DNA from: Tetramitus jugosus
Lineage: Eukaryota; Protista; Heterolobosea
DNA: 64,000 bases
Reading direction: 5' to 3'
NCBI GenBank assembly: GCA_937625935.1
Contig: OW569361.1
Span: 434,001 to 498,000 of the forward strand
Under the pieces are notes generated by a model, which did no database searches, was not told the DNA's origin, and saw only the letters and a list, made by a program, of their open reading frames with translations. The position numbers and the translations under genes are program-made. This document shows positions 21,505 through 32,253 of the stretch, one piece after another (position 1 is the first letter of the stretch; each line of letters opens with the position of its first letter).

Positions 21505-23565
21505 TTATTCTGTAATTTTGATAATGTCGTATTGCTTCAAAGCACTTTCTTCCATAGTTGAGAGGGGTTTCTTGACCAATATTCTCTGATCTCCTCTACC
21601 ACTGATAAACTTGCATGAAGCAGACTTTCTCAATGAAACATTATCGCGACAAATATGAATATGATGCTTCCTATTCTTGGAGGCATCCTGAGATAAATTT
21701 AATCTCACAACAAAGTAAGCGTAGCTCAAGATGCCACGGTCTGGCGTGTGACATTGATAAATGTGTGTACAATCCACTTTGATTTTTTCGTCGGCTTCAA
21801 ACACCTCGTTTGAAATATCATACGCCCTTACACTTAATTGTGAAATCAGGCAATCATTAGGAACTGGGGAGAATAGGGCATACTTGATACGAGCGGTAGT
21901 AAATCCACCCTTGTTACCAGTTCTGATTACTCTTGGGCCTGTCTTTTGAGTTTCAATGTCCTCGTATTCAAAGTAGGTTTTGGTCACTGATCTACCACTG
22001 CTCTCAGCCTTTCCGTGCTTGACGTCGGGTTTGATCTTTGTAAGTGCTACAACAATTTTCTGAATGTTCTCCTGAGCCATGTACCTGACCATATGGAGAG
22101 GATTGGTTGAGGAGACCATCGTAGTATTGGATGGCTCTCTCTTAGTTCTCTTTGAAGGTGGCGAACGCTTTTGGGATGATGATACTGCTACTGCTGCCTT
22201 TCTCTTTCCTCTCCTTGATGCCCTCATTGGTGTTTTCAATTGTTCTGTCTGAGGATCATCCTCTGTCTTGACTGATCTTGAATCTTCTTCTTCGCATGAA
22301 CTGACTGGAGAAACAACGATTGCTTCCTTGGTTTCTTGTTGTGATGATGGCTGTTCACAATAGTTGTTGTTGTTGCTGTTGATGGAGCCTTGAGATAGAA
22401 CAATGACTTGTTCTTGAGGTAACTCGTGATATGGAACTCTTGGTGATGTCCTTGGTTCTTCTTCATTGAATGGTGGTAGCTCAACTACTCCAATGTGCAA
22501 ATGTTGTGGCTCTGGTTGTGGGAAAGATGTATACTGAGGAAAAGTATCGAACAACTTGTTGTACAACAATGGAGAAGCACTGGGAGAGATACAATTGGAT
22601 GACACGGATGAGATTGGAGATCCTGATAGAGATTCATCACGAGTGCTACCACCCACAGACAAGTCAGTCAAATCTTCAAAGTGATCATCTTGATAATGAT
22701 TATTGCTCTTGATAATATGATCATAATCACAGATGTAATCCTCTGGCAAGTGGTTAAAATGTTCAAACAAGGGTTGTTGTGGCTCAACGGTTGTTGTCAT
22801 GGTAGCTCTATGATGAGAATGATGGTGATGATCACCACTACCACTACCACCAGCACCAGCACCACATGGAATCGTGGACATGAAATCACTGGCCAAAGGC
22901 GAGAGATGATTGGCTTGTTCATTGTAGATGGGTAGCATACCCATTTGGCTTGTTCCTCCACAACCACCACAACCACCAGCACAACCACCAGTAGTTGAAC
23001 TATAGCTATAGCTATAGCTTTGATGATGATGGTTGTTATGGTTATAACTTTGACCTTGATAACTTGTTGGAGCTACAACTTGTTGTTGTTGTTGAGCTAG
23101 AGCTTGAACTTGAGCTTGAACTTGAACTTGTTGTGGAAAATGACCTTGATGATAGAAATTGTTCTGTAGTTGTGGTTGTGTCTGAACTTGTTGAACGTAT
23201 GGAAAAGGTGCTTGTGCTTGTTGTTGTTGTTGAGGTGACACAACAACAACAGGTGCATTCAACAAACCAAGTAGAGATGAAGATGAACAGGCAGTAGTAG
23301 TAGCAGCAGCAGCAGAAGGATGATGATCAAAGCTACTATTGTTACTACTGTTCATGATCGACGAGTAGTGTTGTTGTTGTTGTTGTTGTTGGTGAGTGTG
23401 AGTCGTGTTATTGTAGTGAACCATAGTGGAAGAAGAACTATGGTAGTGATGTTGATCATGATAATTGTTGTTATGATGATGGAACGAATTATCATACATG
23501 GTGGTAGAATGATGAGATGAATGAGGAAGTTGTGAATGCAGCTGATGATTGTGGATCATTGTCAT
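21505..23565 (-). CDS. Uncharacterised protein: His/Gln/Ser-rich N-terminus, NLS, globular C-terminal domain (possible transcription factor)
   Basis: 686-aa ORF; RRGKRK..KRSPPSKRTKR NLS; about 190-aa beta-rich basic C-terminal domain with no recognised family. Confidence 0.65.
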   Translation of the reverse strand: MTMIHNHQLHSQLPHSSHHSTTMYDNSFHHHNNNYHDQHHYHSSSSTMVHYNNTTHTHQQQQQQQHYSSIMNSSNNSSFDHHPSAAAATTTACSSSSLLGLLNAPVVVVSPQQQQQAQAPFPYVQQVQTQPQLQNNFYHQGHFPQQVQVQAQVQALAQQQQQVVAPTSYQGQSYNHNNHHHQSYSYSYSSTTGGCAGGCGGCGGTSQMGMLPIYNEQANHLSPLASDFMSTIPCGAGAGGSGSGDHHHHSHHRATMTTTVEPQQPLFEHFNHLPEDYICDYDHIIKSNNHYQDDHFEDLTDLSVGGSTRDESLSGSPISSVSSNCISPSASPLLYNKLFDTFPQYTSFPQPEPQHLHIGVVELPPFNEEEPRTSPRVPYHELPQEQVIVLSQGSINSNNNNYCEQPSSQQETKEAIVVSPVSSCEEEDSRSVKTEDDPQTEQLKTPMRASRRGKRKAAVAVSSSQKRSPPSKRTKREPSNTTMVSSTNPLHMVRYMAQENIQKIVVALTKIKPDVKHGKAESSGRSVTKTYFEYEDIETQKTGPRVIRTGNKGGFTTARIKYALFSPVPNDCLISQLSVRAYDISNEVFEADEKIKVDCTHIYQCHTPDRGILSYAYFVVRLNLSQDASKNRKHHIHICRDNVSLRKSASCKFISGRGDQRILVKKPLSTMEESALKQYDIIKITE

Positions 23566-24770
23566 AATAAATTAAGAGAGTGGAAATAGTTTGTAGTTTG
23601 ACTGTCACAGTGTTGTAGTGTCTGTGACTGTTATTATTATGATTATATAGTTAATTTAGAGGGTGGGTGTAGTGGTGAGTTTTAGTTTTTGGAGGAATGG
23701 GTTCTCTTTTTCTGAGGAATGTAGAGAGAGACGCAACCCAATGGACATGAAGTTCATGACACCCCACTTCACGCACGCACGATGTTAACAATTAAAGTAT
23801 GTTTGGGCCCACTTGTACGTGTTACAACAAGTTGGGATCCCAAACGAGAAACAACATGCCGACACACGCTTAAATGGTTATTTTGTTTCGGTAATCCACG
23901 AAAAGAGAAAATCCATTTGGCAAGTTTTTCACTCCGCATCCATTACTCCTTTACTGCTTTTGTTCAGGTTGGGCGATCTATGGCAGTTAAATTTCTGATA
24001 AGTGACAAGGACCACTGATTTTGGTGCACCTGTCATTATTCACATCCAGGATAACTATTAAGCCTTGACACGGATATTTCTTTGAGCCCCTAAGCTCGCC
24101 CTGCTTCGCTCGAGTCTGCTTCTCCTGCATCTCCAAACTAAAAGACGCTGACTGGGCAGTTTTACCATTTCGAAACCTTTTAGGAGTGTTTCCCAGGCGG
24201 GTAAGTGGGAATTTCCCATCGGAGTAGTTGCGATAAAACATTATCAGTCGGGAAGTGAAAAGTTTGGACAGTTGCAAACTCGAAAAAATCTTGAGAATGG
24301 CAACGGAGGTTTTCCCAAGAATGGTTTGACGGAAAGCCAAACAAGCAATTCATGAGGAGGTTGGGAAACGAGGAGCGTGACACGAAAAGTCTACTCACTA
24401 GATATGGAACCACTCCTCTGACAGACGAATGATTCCTGTTAGGTAACTATACCGTATGCAACAAATGGAGTCAGAAAAAGAGATTAGAGTTTTGGATGAA
24501 AGAAAACAACAGTTAAACCGATGTATCAGCCACCATTTTACAGGTTTCCTCGACGACCTTATTAGAGCAACATTTCTCCTCCTTCAGAAAATAATTTCAA
24601 AGAGGAGAAAAAGAAGGTACGAAGACAACCTTGAAACATAAAGGAGTTGATTTCTTTGAGTTGACTGAACTCCCACCCGTAGAAAAAAGTTTGTCTGCAG
24701 AGTTCCTTTTTTTGGGTTGACGTTCAACAAAACATCAGAAAACTTGCACAAACAACGACAACAAACAAGA

Positions 24771-25952
24771 ATGGATTTAATCAAGAAGGCACTTCAATCA
24801 ACAAAGCAACAGAGAGACACGCTACTGACCTCCAATAATCAACAAACTGAACGCTCAACGAACAACACTGACGAGAAGAATGATCATAATAAGAACAATC
24901 AGACAAAGAAGCGAAAATGGGTGAAGAGAGGTGATTTGGAAGCCGAAAGGGAGAGACAGTATCTGGAGGAAATGAATGCGCAGAAGCGAATGAAAAAATC
25001 CTCTGCTGAAAACGTTGTCTCTTCAACCGACGCTTCAACGAAAAATGGCGCCAAAAATCAAACAAACAACCATTCGAGCACGGGGGATGAAATTGAGGTT
25101 GATTTGACCAATATTTTGCCTAGAGAACTGGTGATCAAAGCATTGAGAGAGTATGGACAACCGATTACTCTGTTTGGTGAGACTGATACCGATCGATACA
25201 AGAGACTTCGAGTCTTTGAGATTACAACGCACGATGATCAATTACTCCGATTGAAGCATCAAAATGATTTCGCGCAGCATCTACGGAAACAGCAACAAGA
25301 TTTGCTGAACAAGCAGGCAGTTGGTGATGGCGGCCAAGATGACTCATTGATACAAGACCATTCACTCTCTGCAGAGACAATAGTTGCTGATATCAATAGG
25401 GATTTGGAATCAAGAGAAGATGAGAGCAATCTATTGGTGGACAGCACTCCATTACAACCAGAGCCAAGACAAGGTCAATCAGACTGTGACTATGTTCGAT
25501 CTTTTTGGCGCCGTATTCTGAAGCTATGGGACATGTATTTGCAAAACGAGCGATCAGAAGATGAAAAAAGATCGACTCAAGGCAGAATCGAAGTTTCCAT
25601 TTACAAGCAATCCAAGGATCACTTGCGGCCTCTATTGAAGCTTTTGAAGAAGCAGAGCTTGCAATCTGACATTCTCATTCCATTGAAAAAGATTTGCATG
25701 AATGTTGCACAGAGAGAATATGTGAAGGCTCACGGTATTTACCTAGAATTGAGCATTGGCAATGCACCTTGGCCTATGGGTGTGACCATGGTTGGTATCC
25801 ATGAGAGAAGTGCAAGAGAGAGGATTGAAACTGGTCAGATTGCTCACATATTGAATGATGAACAGCAGAGAAAGTACATTCAGAGCATCAAACGAATGAT
25901 TACCTTTTGTCAAAAGAAATATCCAACAGATCCTAGTCGCATGGTGCTATAA
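24771..25952 (+). CDS. PRPF18: Pre-mRNA splicing factor Prp18
   Basis: KRKWVKRGDL, SFM motif LREYGQPITLFGE, LSIGNAPWPMGVTMVGIHERSARERI, HILNDEQQRKYIQSIKR. Confidence 0.95.
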   Translation: MDLIKKALQSTKQQRDTLLTSNNQQTERSTNNTDEKNDHNKNNQTKKRKWVKRGDLEAERERQYLEEMNAQKRMKKSSAENVVSSTDASTKNGAKNQTNNHSSTGDEIEVDLTNILPRELVIKALREYGQPITLFGETDTDRYKRLRVFEITTHDDQLLRLKHQNDFAQHLRKQQQDLLNKQAVGDGGQDDSLIQDHSLSAETIVADINRDLESREDESNLLVDSTPLQPEPRQGQSDCDYVRSFWRRILKLWDMYLQNERSEDEKRSTQGRIEVSIYKQSKDHLRPLLKLLKKQSLQSDILIPLKKICMNVAQREYVKAHGIYLELSIGNAPWPMGVTMVGIHERSARERIETGQIAHILNDEQQRKYIQSIKRMITFCQKKYPTDPSRMVL

Positions 25953-26025
25953 AGGATCGCCTATCGTATATTTTTTGATAAATCATTGATTTTCTAGCTC
26001 GAAAGAACAATAGCAAATAAAATTG

Positions 26026-27828
26026 ATGCAAAAAATGGACAAGGAAGAGATTTTGGATCGAATCGAACAGTTTTGTTTATCGATGAACAGTTTTCTCAGC
26101 AATGATTTTGGTTTGTTGGCCAGGGAGAGTGATCTGGAATGCTGTGATTACTTTAAAGTGGTGAATTCAAAGTTTGTTGATGGGCAACTGTGTTGCAATG
26201 CTCATTTTTACCTACAAGAGCTATCTCTTCGTGATCCATTTAAGATCCTTGTGAGACAATTCGTTCAGCAACAATACGAACAAGTTGGAACAGTATGTAG
26301 CCCATTCAAAGTTGTTTTATCTATAGATTGGATATTCAAGTCTGATTTTTGTATCTGGAAGGGTGTGAATGACTTGGTCTCATTGATTGCAGTGTATAGC
26401 GCGACTGCAAAATATTTGCGTTATCAAATGCAGCTCTCATCGTATGTGATTCATCAATTAAATCTAATACGTTCGATGTTAACATGATCGCTGAACAGGT
26501 ATGAAACGCTAGTTGTATTGCAACACTTAACAGAAGTGTGCTGTGAAGCTTGTCGTATGGCTCCTACACCCGGGAATGATCTCGAATCTCTGTTCATAAA
26601 GCTATCGATGGATAAACATGTTCAAATTGATATGAGCGCCGAAGAGGAACTGACGTGGGCTTCTCAGGTGTGGCGATACTTGAAAGATCCAGACATCGTG
26701 AATGATAAAACTATCAATATTCAAGTGACGGGTAGTTCTAAAGGATCTCAATGTTGCGTTGGAGGAGTAATCTTGGAGAGTAATCCTTCTCAAATATACA
26801 TCGAACGATGCCATGAGAAGATTTTGAAGTAAGTGGATGGTTCTTTCTTTTTTTGTATTTGTTCTATCCCATTCACCAAGGTAATTTGAAGGAGGGCTCT
26901 ATTGGTTCAAGGAGATGTTCGGATTGTTTCTCCGTATTCTTCCGTACGTTTAGAAGGCAATCAATACTTTGAGTACACTCAAGATTTGGATCGAATCAAG
27001 GAGGATGTCATGAAACAATTTGTGAACCAACTTATCGAAGCCAGAATAGGAATCGTACTTGCCTCGGGAACAGTACCAACTTATTGTCAACAATTGTTGA
27101 CCGAACATTCCATTAGTTTTGTCCAAGCGATCTCAAGCGTGGAGTTCTACCATTTGTCCACTGTGTGCAATTCATTGCCCCTGGTCGTAAAACTCATCCC
27201 AGGAGTACAAATAGAATTGAACGATATTTTTGTCGGTTACGCAGCATGTATCGATGTTTCATTTCTTGGACTGTAACGACCAACCGTTCCTAACTAACAT
27301 CCTTTGTTTACTTAACAGAAGATAGAGCTACTAACAAAAGAAGAAAAGAAGAACAGAGTGATTTCAGTGGAAGGTGCTGAAGACTCAAACTCGATTGGCA
27401 AGATTGCCTATCTGTCAATAGCTTGTCACACTGAAGCTCAATTTCGAACGAAATCTCAAGTATTCTGGTCCACGATTCACGCTCTGAAAAACATTGAAAC
27501 TCACAATCTAATGAGAGTTGATGGCCTTGTAGGTCTAGAAATCCTCAAGCAAGTGGAACACAGCCAGAAAAACTCTTCACCACAACAACAAGAGTATTCC
27601 ATTGCCTTCTCCCGTTTCATTCAGAATTACTTTGTTCTTCCTCGACTTTCTGGCATTGAAATGGACCATCATTGTTCAGAAATATCTACAAAGGAGCAAT
27701 TAGAGACCCAGTTGAAGGAGATGAACTTCCCTTGTGATGCATATGGTTTGCTAAGCGCATTTGTGAATGCCAATGAGTTTATTCGATTGTGTTTGCTTTC
27801 AAGTACCATATTGCATCACGATAAATAA
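26026..27828 (+). CDS. Divergent chaperonin-like BBS protein (BBS12-like), about 5 exons
   Basis: Putative introns 26293-26361, 26442-26498, 26829-26891 and ~27256-27318. Spliced LQELSLRDP..QQQYEQVGT|GVNDLVSLIAVYS resembles the BBS12 equatorial segment; apical-like LIEARIGIVLASGTV..ISFVQAIS. Confidence 0.55.
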
Positions 27829-27919
27829 CAATGCCAGCATGGTTGAGTCATTGTATTCCGTGCTTCAACCACAATACTATTTCCACGATCGACTTCTCCG
27901 ATTCCGGATCAAAAAACGA

Positions 27920-28978
27920 ATGATCTCTTTTGTCTCTACCAGATCCAAACAACACATTTTTCGCTTTCTCTGTTCGGCCAACAATAAAAACATATCGACC
28001 AAAATGCAACAATCACAACAAGGTACACTGAGTCAATACTATCATACATTTGATCAGGTAACGGATCAAAATTTCGCGCCATTTTCGGCCAAAAAGTTTC
28101 AAGCGGAGTGTCTACGAACGGAGCATGTCGGGCGCCATTTTTATCATGTGAACGAAACGAGCAGCACCATGGATTTAATGGATGCACTCTGTCAGCCATC
28201 ACTTCCCGCCGCACAATCCAATAGTCCGCTCTCCACTACAGGAGCACCCACAGGATTTTTAGTGTTGGCTGATGTACAAACTGCTGGCAAAGGTCGAAAG
28301 GGCAGAGTTTGGCAGAGCTCTGCTTCTCAAAATCTTTACTTTTCACTGCTGTTTCGCTTGCAGAGCAGTCAGTTTGAGCAATTGATTAAATTGAACCTTG
28401 GTCTCTCGTTAGCTACGGTTAAAGCTTGTCATGAGCTTGGTGCAACTGGTGCAAGGATCAAGTGGCCTAATGATATTTGGGTGCCTCTATCCAATGAAGC
28501 ACAACCATCGGCATCACAACCCTATGGCCACTATAGAAAGCTAAGTGGTATGTTGATTAATTCAAGTCAGATGGGTGATGAGATGAGGGCCAATTGTGGT
28601 ATTGGTATCAATGTGAATCAACCGATTCAGTCATTGAAAGAACAAGGCAAGGATGTGGACGAGCTCAAGAATACTGGTATTTCACTGAGTGATATTGTGG
28701 GAAAGACCTTATCGCGTGAATTGGTGCTTGCAACCATCTGTAATCAATTGGAAGATGTTTTGAGTCTAAGTCTCGATAATTTATTGGCACAATACACAAA
28801 GTATGATTTGTTGACTGGAAAGCAGGTGTATGTCCATGAGAGCAGAACTGGTGGAGCTGTCGAGACTCGTGAAGGTCTCGCAGTCGGCTACAGCAAATTT
28901 GGTAATCTGAGAGTCCAATTCTCGGATGGTTCAGGAACCAAGGAACTACTGTCAGAAGAAGTCAGTATTCGATTGTAA
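27920..28978 (+). CDS. birA: Biotin-protein ligase (BPL/BirA catalytic + C-terminal domain), possible mitochondrial presequence
   Basis: ETSSTM, LADVQTAGKGRKGRVWQS, NLYFSL, IKWPNDI, RKLSGML, GIGINVN; no N-terminal HTH. In-frame ATGs at 27920 and 28004. Confidence 0.9.
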   Translation: MISFVSTRSKQHIFRFLCSANNKNISTKMQQSQQGTLSQYYHTFDQVTDQNFAPFSAKKFQAECLRTEHVGRHFYHVNETSSTMDLMDALCQPSLPAAQSNSPLSTTGAPTGFLVLADVQTAGKGRKGRVWQSSASQNLYFSLLFRLQSSQFEQLIKLNLGLSLATVKACHELGATGARIKWPNDIWVPLSNEAQPSASQPYGHYRKLSGMLINSSQMGDEMRANCGIGINVNQPIQSLKEQGKDVDELKNTGISLSDIVGKTLSRELVLATICNQLEDVLSLSLDNLLAQYTKYDLLTGKQVYVHESRTGGAVETREGLAVGYSKFGNLRVQFSDGSGTKELLSEEVSIRL

Positions 28979-29239
28979 GCATTAAAAAAAAGTGAACCAA
29001 TGAAAGTGATCCTGAAGCTTCGAATCGCTTGGTTGTAGACCATTCACCGCGTCTGTGATGTCTGACGGTCGCTTTTTTGCGCAGCAGCGGGAACTTCCAA
29101 TTCCTGTGTGATCTCAACGTGACCCCCCAAAAACATCAATCATCCAGCCACTCTCTTTTTGGCCAAAAGCTTTTTGTTGTGACGTGCAAACAGGAATTTG
29201 TCATAATTATCCTTCCACACACACAACATAAGAACAAGA

Positions 29240-30922
29240 ATGAGGAGACAACAAATTTCTGTATTTTCAAGATTGCTCATCTTAGCCTTCCTTGTGCTAT
29301 CTTTTGCCAGCGTGCTCGTCCACGCTTCCAAGTCAAGATCCCACTCCAAAGCGAGAGCTCATGCAAGATCCAGAGCTCGTGCAGCTACTGCTACTACTAC
29401 CAACAACGCTCAGAATTTCATGATCTGGAACAATGAGAATGGAACTCCCATGATTATCCTTCCACAGGGTATTACAAAGCCAATTGAAACCATTTGGGCG
29501 TGCTATGGTGCATGGGATGATATGAACGGTGTCTCTGCTGCTATTAGAGCCATGATCCAGAGAGGTGTCGTCCCATACATTCAATCCTATTGTTTCGGAG
29601 ACAATGGATTGAGAGGTAACTTTGAAAAGGCGGTTCAATTTGATACTGCGATTGCACGGGCCATTGGTTCCTCTATTGCCTTTGTCAATATTGATACAGA
29701 GTGGGATGATGGAGCTGTGTTGGATATCTTGAGCAGTCCTGCTGGTATTCAGAGCTTCAAGAACAGAATTCAAGTCTATCGTCAATTTGCTCCAATGACC
29801 AAATTGTTGTCCAGTCCAGGTCTATGGAAGACAGATGCTCAATATGCTTGGTTCGCTCAGATTGATGCCTTGTTGGATATGAGAAGTAACATTTTCTTTG
29901 CGACGAGCAATGAACGTAGTTGCTTGTTGAAGCCAGACGGTGTTTCGATTGGTGTGACTGGAAAGTCATTGAACGAAGCGCTTGCCATGGGAGATAAGAT
30001 CAATGCTGATCGATTGAGATTCAATCGTCTGTGGGGCTCTTCTGCAACCAAGTACATCATCACTGGTGATGCTGCAGTGACTAGCTGTGGATGGGGTGAA
30101 ACCAATCAAGCTGCTATTATTAACAAGTTGGTCGATCGTATGGATTGCTTGTATAGCGATGGATGGAGAGGTGCCAACATCAGAAACGCTGGTCCTGATA
30201 ATTTGTGGGAGCGCGCCATGGGTGTTCAAAACGAAGGTCAATTTGTTTATTCCAATGGAGTGAATGCAAGAAATGCCATGAAGCGTGGATTGGACAGAGC
30301 TATCCATATTATGAAGAATGGTGCAACTTGTGTGCCACCACCTCCAACACCTTTCACTGTTTCTCACATGAAGAGTTCCAGTCAAAATTGGGCTCAATTG
30401 ACTGCTGATCCATCATTTGATGTTGCTGGTATTGTGTTGAACTACAATGGTCAAAGCACAAGATTGAGCAAGGCATCTTGGGGAGAAGAATGGGTTGGAG
30501 CCGCTAACATTGCAAGTGGAACAAGCGTTCAAGTCGTGATTGAAAAAACTTCTGGCGGATCCACCACTGTTCAAATCGCCTGGTTGCAATCTGACTCTGC
30601 ACCAACTCCTTCTCCAACTCCTACACCTGCACCTGCACCTGCACCTACTCCAGCACCAGCACCTGGTCCAGCCCCAGCTGGTTCTTTGACTGTAACTAAC
30701 ACTGGTAGCAATGAATGGTGGGCACAAGTTCAATTGAGTCCAAAAACAGGCATCACCAGTGTAACCATTTCTTACTTGGGTGTTATCCAACCACTCAAGT
30801 TGGAGAGTTATGGTGACTGGACCTCTGGTTTGAGCTCCAGAATCCCATCTGGAACCAGAGTCACTGTCACCTATGTGAAGTCAGGATCTTCATTTAGCCA
30901 GGCCATTATTTGGGCTGTATAA
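29240..30922 (+). CDS. Secreted TIM-barrel (GH-A-like) protein with two C-terminal expansin/CBM63-like modules
   Basis: Signal peptide; GVVPYIQSYCFGD, NIDTEWD, ITGDAAVTS; two repeats (SSQNWAQL..LSKASWGEEW; SNEWWAQV..LKLESYGDW) separated by a Pro-Thr/Ala linker. Confidence 0.65.
   Translation: MRRQQISVFSRLLILAFLVLSFASVLVHASKSRSHSKARAHARSRARAATATTTNNAQNFMIWNNENGTPMIILPQGITKPIETIWACYGAWDDMNGVSAAIRAMIQRGVVPYIQSYCFGDNGLRGNFEKAVQFDTAIARAIGSSIAFVNIDTEWDDGAVLDILSSPAGIQSFKNRIQVYRQFAPMTKLLSSPGLWKTDAQYAWFAQIDALLDMRSNIFFATSNERSCLLKPDGVSIGVTGKSLNEALAMGDKINADRLRFNRLWGSSATKYIITGDAAVTSCGWGETNQAAIINKLVDRMDCLYSDGWRGANIRNAGPDNLWERAMGVQNEGQFVYSNGVNARNAMKRGLDRAIHIMKNGATCVPPPPTPFTVSHMKSSSQNWAQLTADPSFDVAGIVLNYNGQSTRLSKASWGEEWVGAANIASGTSVQVVIEKTSGGSTTVQIAWLQSDSAPTPSPTPTPAPAPAPTPAPAPGPAPAGSLTVTNTGSNEWWAQVQLSPKTGITSVTISYLGVIQPLKLESYGDWTSGLSSRIPSGTRVTVTYVKSGSSFSQAIIWAV
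30598..30679 (+). repeat. Pro-Thr/Pro-Ala hexamer repeat linker
   Basis: (CCTGCA/CCAGCA/CCTACT)n encoding APTPSPTPTPAPAPAPTPAPAPGPAPA. Confidence 0.8.
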
Positions 30923-30954
30923 ACGCTGAACATGATTCACTGAGCACCTCAACT

Positions 30955-32193
30955 TTATGATTGTTTTGATTTATTCGGTGTTTTTATCACTACACCTTTC
31001 ATGGGTTTCAACCGATCAATCATTGGTTGGGCTGGTGTTACACTCGTTATGTGTTCCATCATATCCTTTAACTTTAACATCTGCTTCTCTTCCTGCTTCA
31101 CTAGTTTCCTCTTATCTTTGCTTGGTAAGATGATGGACCCCTTGGATGTGCTCCTTGTCATCTTCTTATGTAATTGTTCGTCCTCTCCTGGAGAATCGTC
31201 TCCACTACCTGTCGTTCCATTTACTGCATACTTCATTTTGACATGGATTGCTGGTAGTCGATTCGGGTCAACCTTCTTGATTAGTAGAATATCTCCATTC
31301 TTTGTGTAAGTGTAATCTTTTCCTCTCACCTGAGAGAGAGCTTTCTCCATCTTCCTTTTCTCCTCCTCGTCTTCTCTTCTCTTTAATGTCTCCCATTGTT
31401 TCTCGAGTAAGAGTTTGGCCTGATTTGTATCTGACACCTTCTTTCCGTTCGTTAACCCAGATGATGTCGAGGATACATCTGTACTTGCTTTTGAAACTCG
31501 ACCTGATGGTATCGTTTTCGAAAGTGTATTTCCATTGGAATGTTTCGGTTTTAAGGAAGATCTCAAAGAGCTTGAAGAATGACTATTAATTGAAAGTTTG
31601 TTGCTCGCTGTTCTCGATGGTGTAACCGCTACCCCCGACGTATTTCCTAGTGTTCCTGAGTGATTCTTCGTCTTATCATTTACTTTGATGGGAGACGATG
31701 TTGACGAGAGCACATTCATTGTGGACGGTCGTTTTTCTCTTCGTCCATGTTCCATCTTTCCAAGTAGAGATGATTGTTTCTCTAGCCTCTTCTTCACAAT
31801 TATTGGTACACTACTTCTGGCCCATGAATCCGTTGGTATTCTCTCTGGTTCCTCTTCTATTGACCAACAAGGATCATCTCTCGTCTCTCCAGTGTCTCGA
31901 TTTACGAACAACATGTCCAGCATGTGATTCATTTGAGCCATGACTGCATTCACCGCATAGGGAACACTCTTTTCATCATAGAAATTGTCTTCAATGCACT
32001 GTAACGTGTGCCGTAACAGGTCTTGAGTCAAGAAATAGCAATACTGCTCTCCAGATTCGATCACATGAGTCAGATCTTTCAATTCCTTCTCGAGTCGCTT
32101 CTCCTCTAGCGCAGCCACATCAACCACAATTGAAGATGAGGATTCTGTGACAATCTTCACAGGAGGATGAGATGATAGCGTTTGTGAGCTCAT
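30955..32193 (-). CDS. C2orf81/DUF4639-like protein (cilia-associated, uncharacterised)
   Basis: SVPYAV..MLFVNRDTGE..WSIEEEPERIPTDSWARSSVPI resembles the conserved C2orf81 motif. Confidence 0.65.
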   Translation of the reverse strand: MSSQTLSSHPPVKIVTESSSSIVVDVAALEEKRLEKELKDLTHVIESGEQYCYFLTQDLLRHTLQCIEDNFYDEKSVPYAVNAVMAQMNHMLDMLFVNRDTGETRDDPCWSIEEEPERIPTDSWARSSVPIIVKKRLEKQSSLLGKMEHGRREKRPSTMNVLSSTSSPIKVNDKTKNHSGTLGNTSGVAVTPSRTASNKLSINSHSSSSLRSSLKPKHSNGNTLSKTIPSGRVSKASTDVSSTSSGLTNGKKVSDTNQAKLLLEKQWETLKRREDEEEKRKMEKALSQVRGKDYTYTKNGDILLIKKVDPNRLPAIHVKMKYAVNGTTGSGDDSPGEDEQLHKKMTRSTSKGSIILPSKDKRKLVKQEEKQMLKLKDMMEHITSVTPAQPMIDRLKPMKGVVIKTPNKSKQS

Positions 32194-32253
32194 GACATTT
32201 AAATTTTCGTTACACCAGAATGCACTCTACACCTGTAAACAATTGACCGACAG

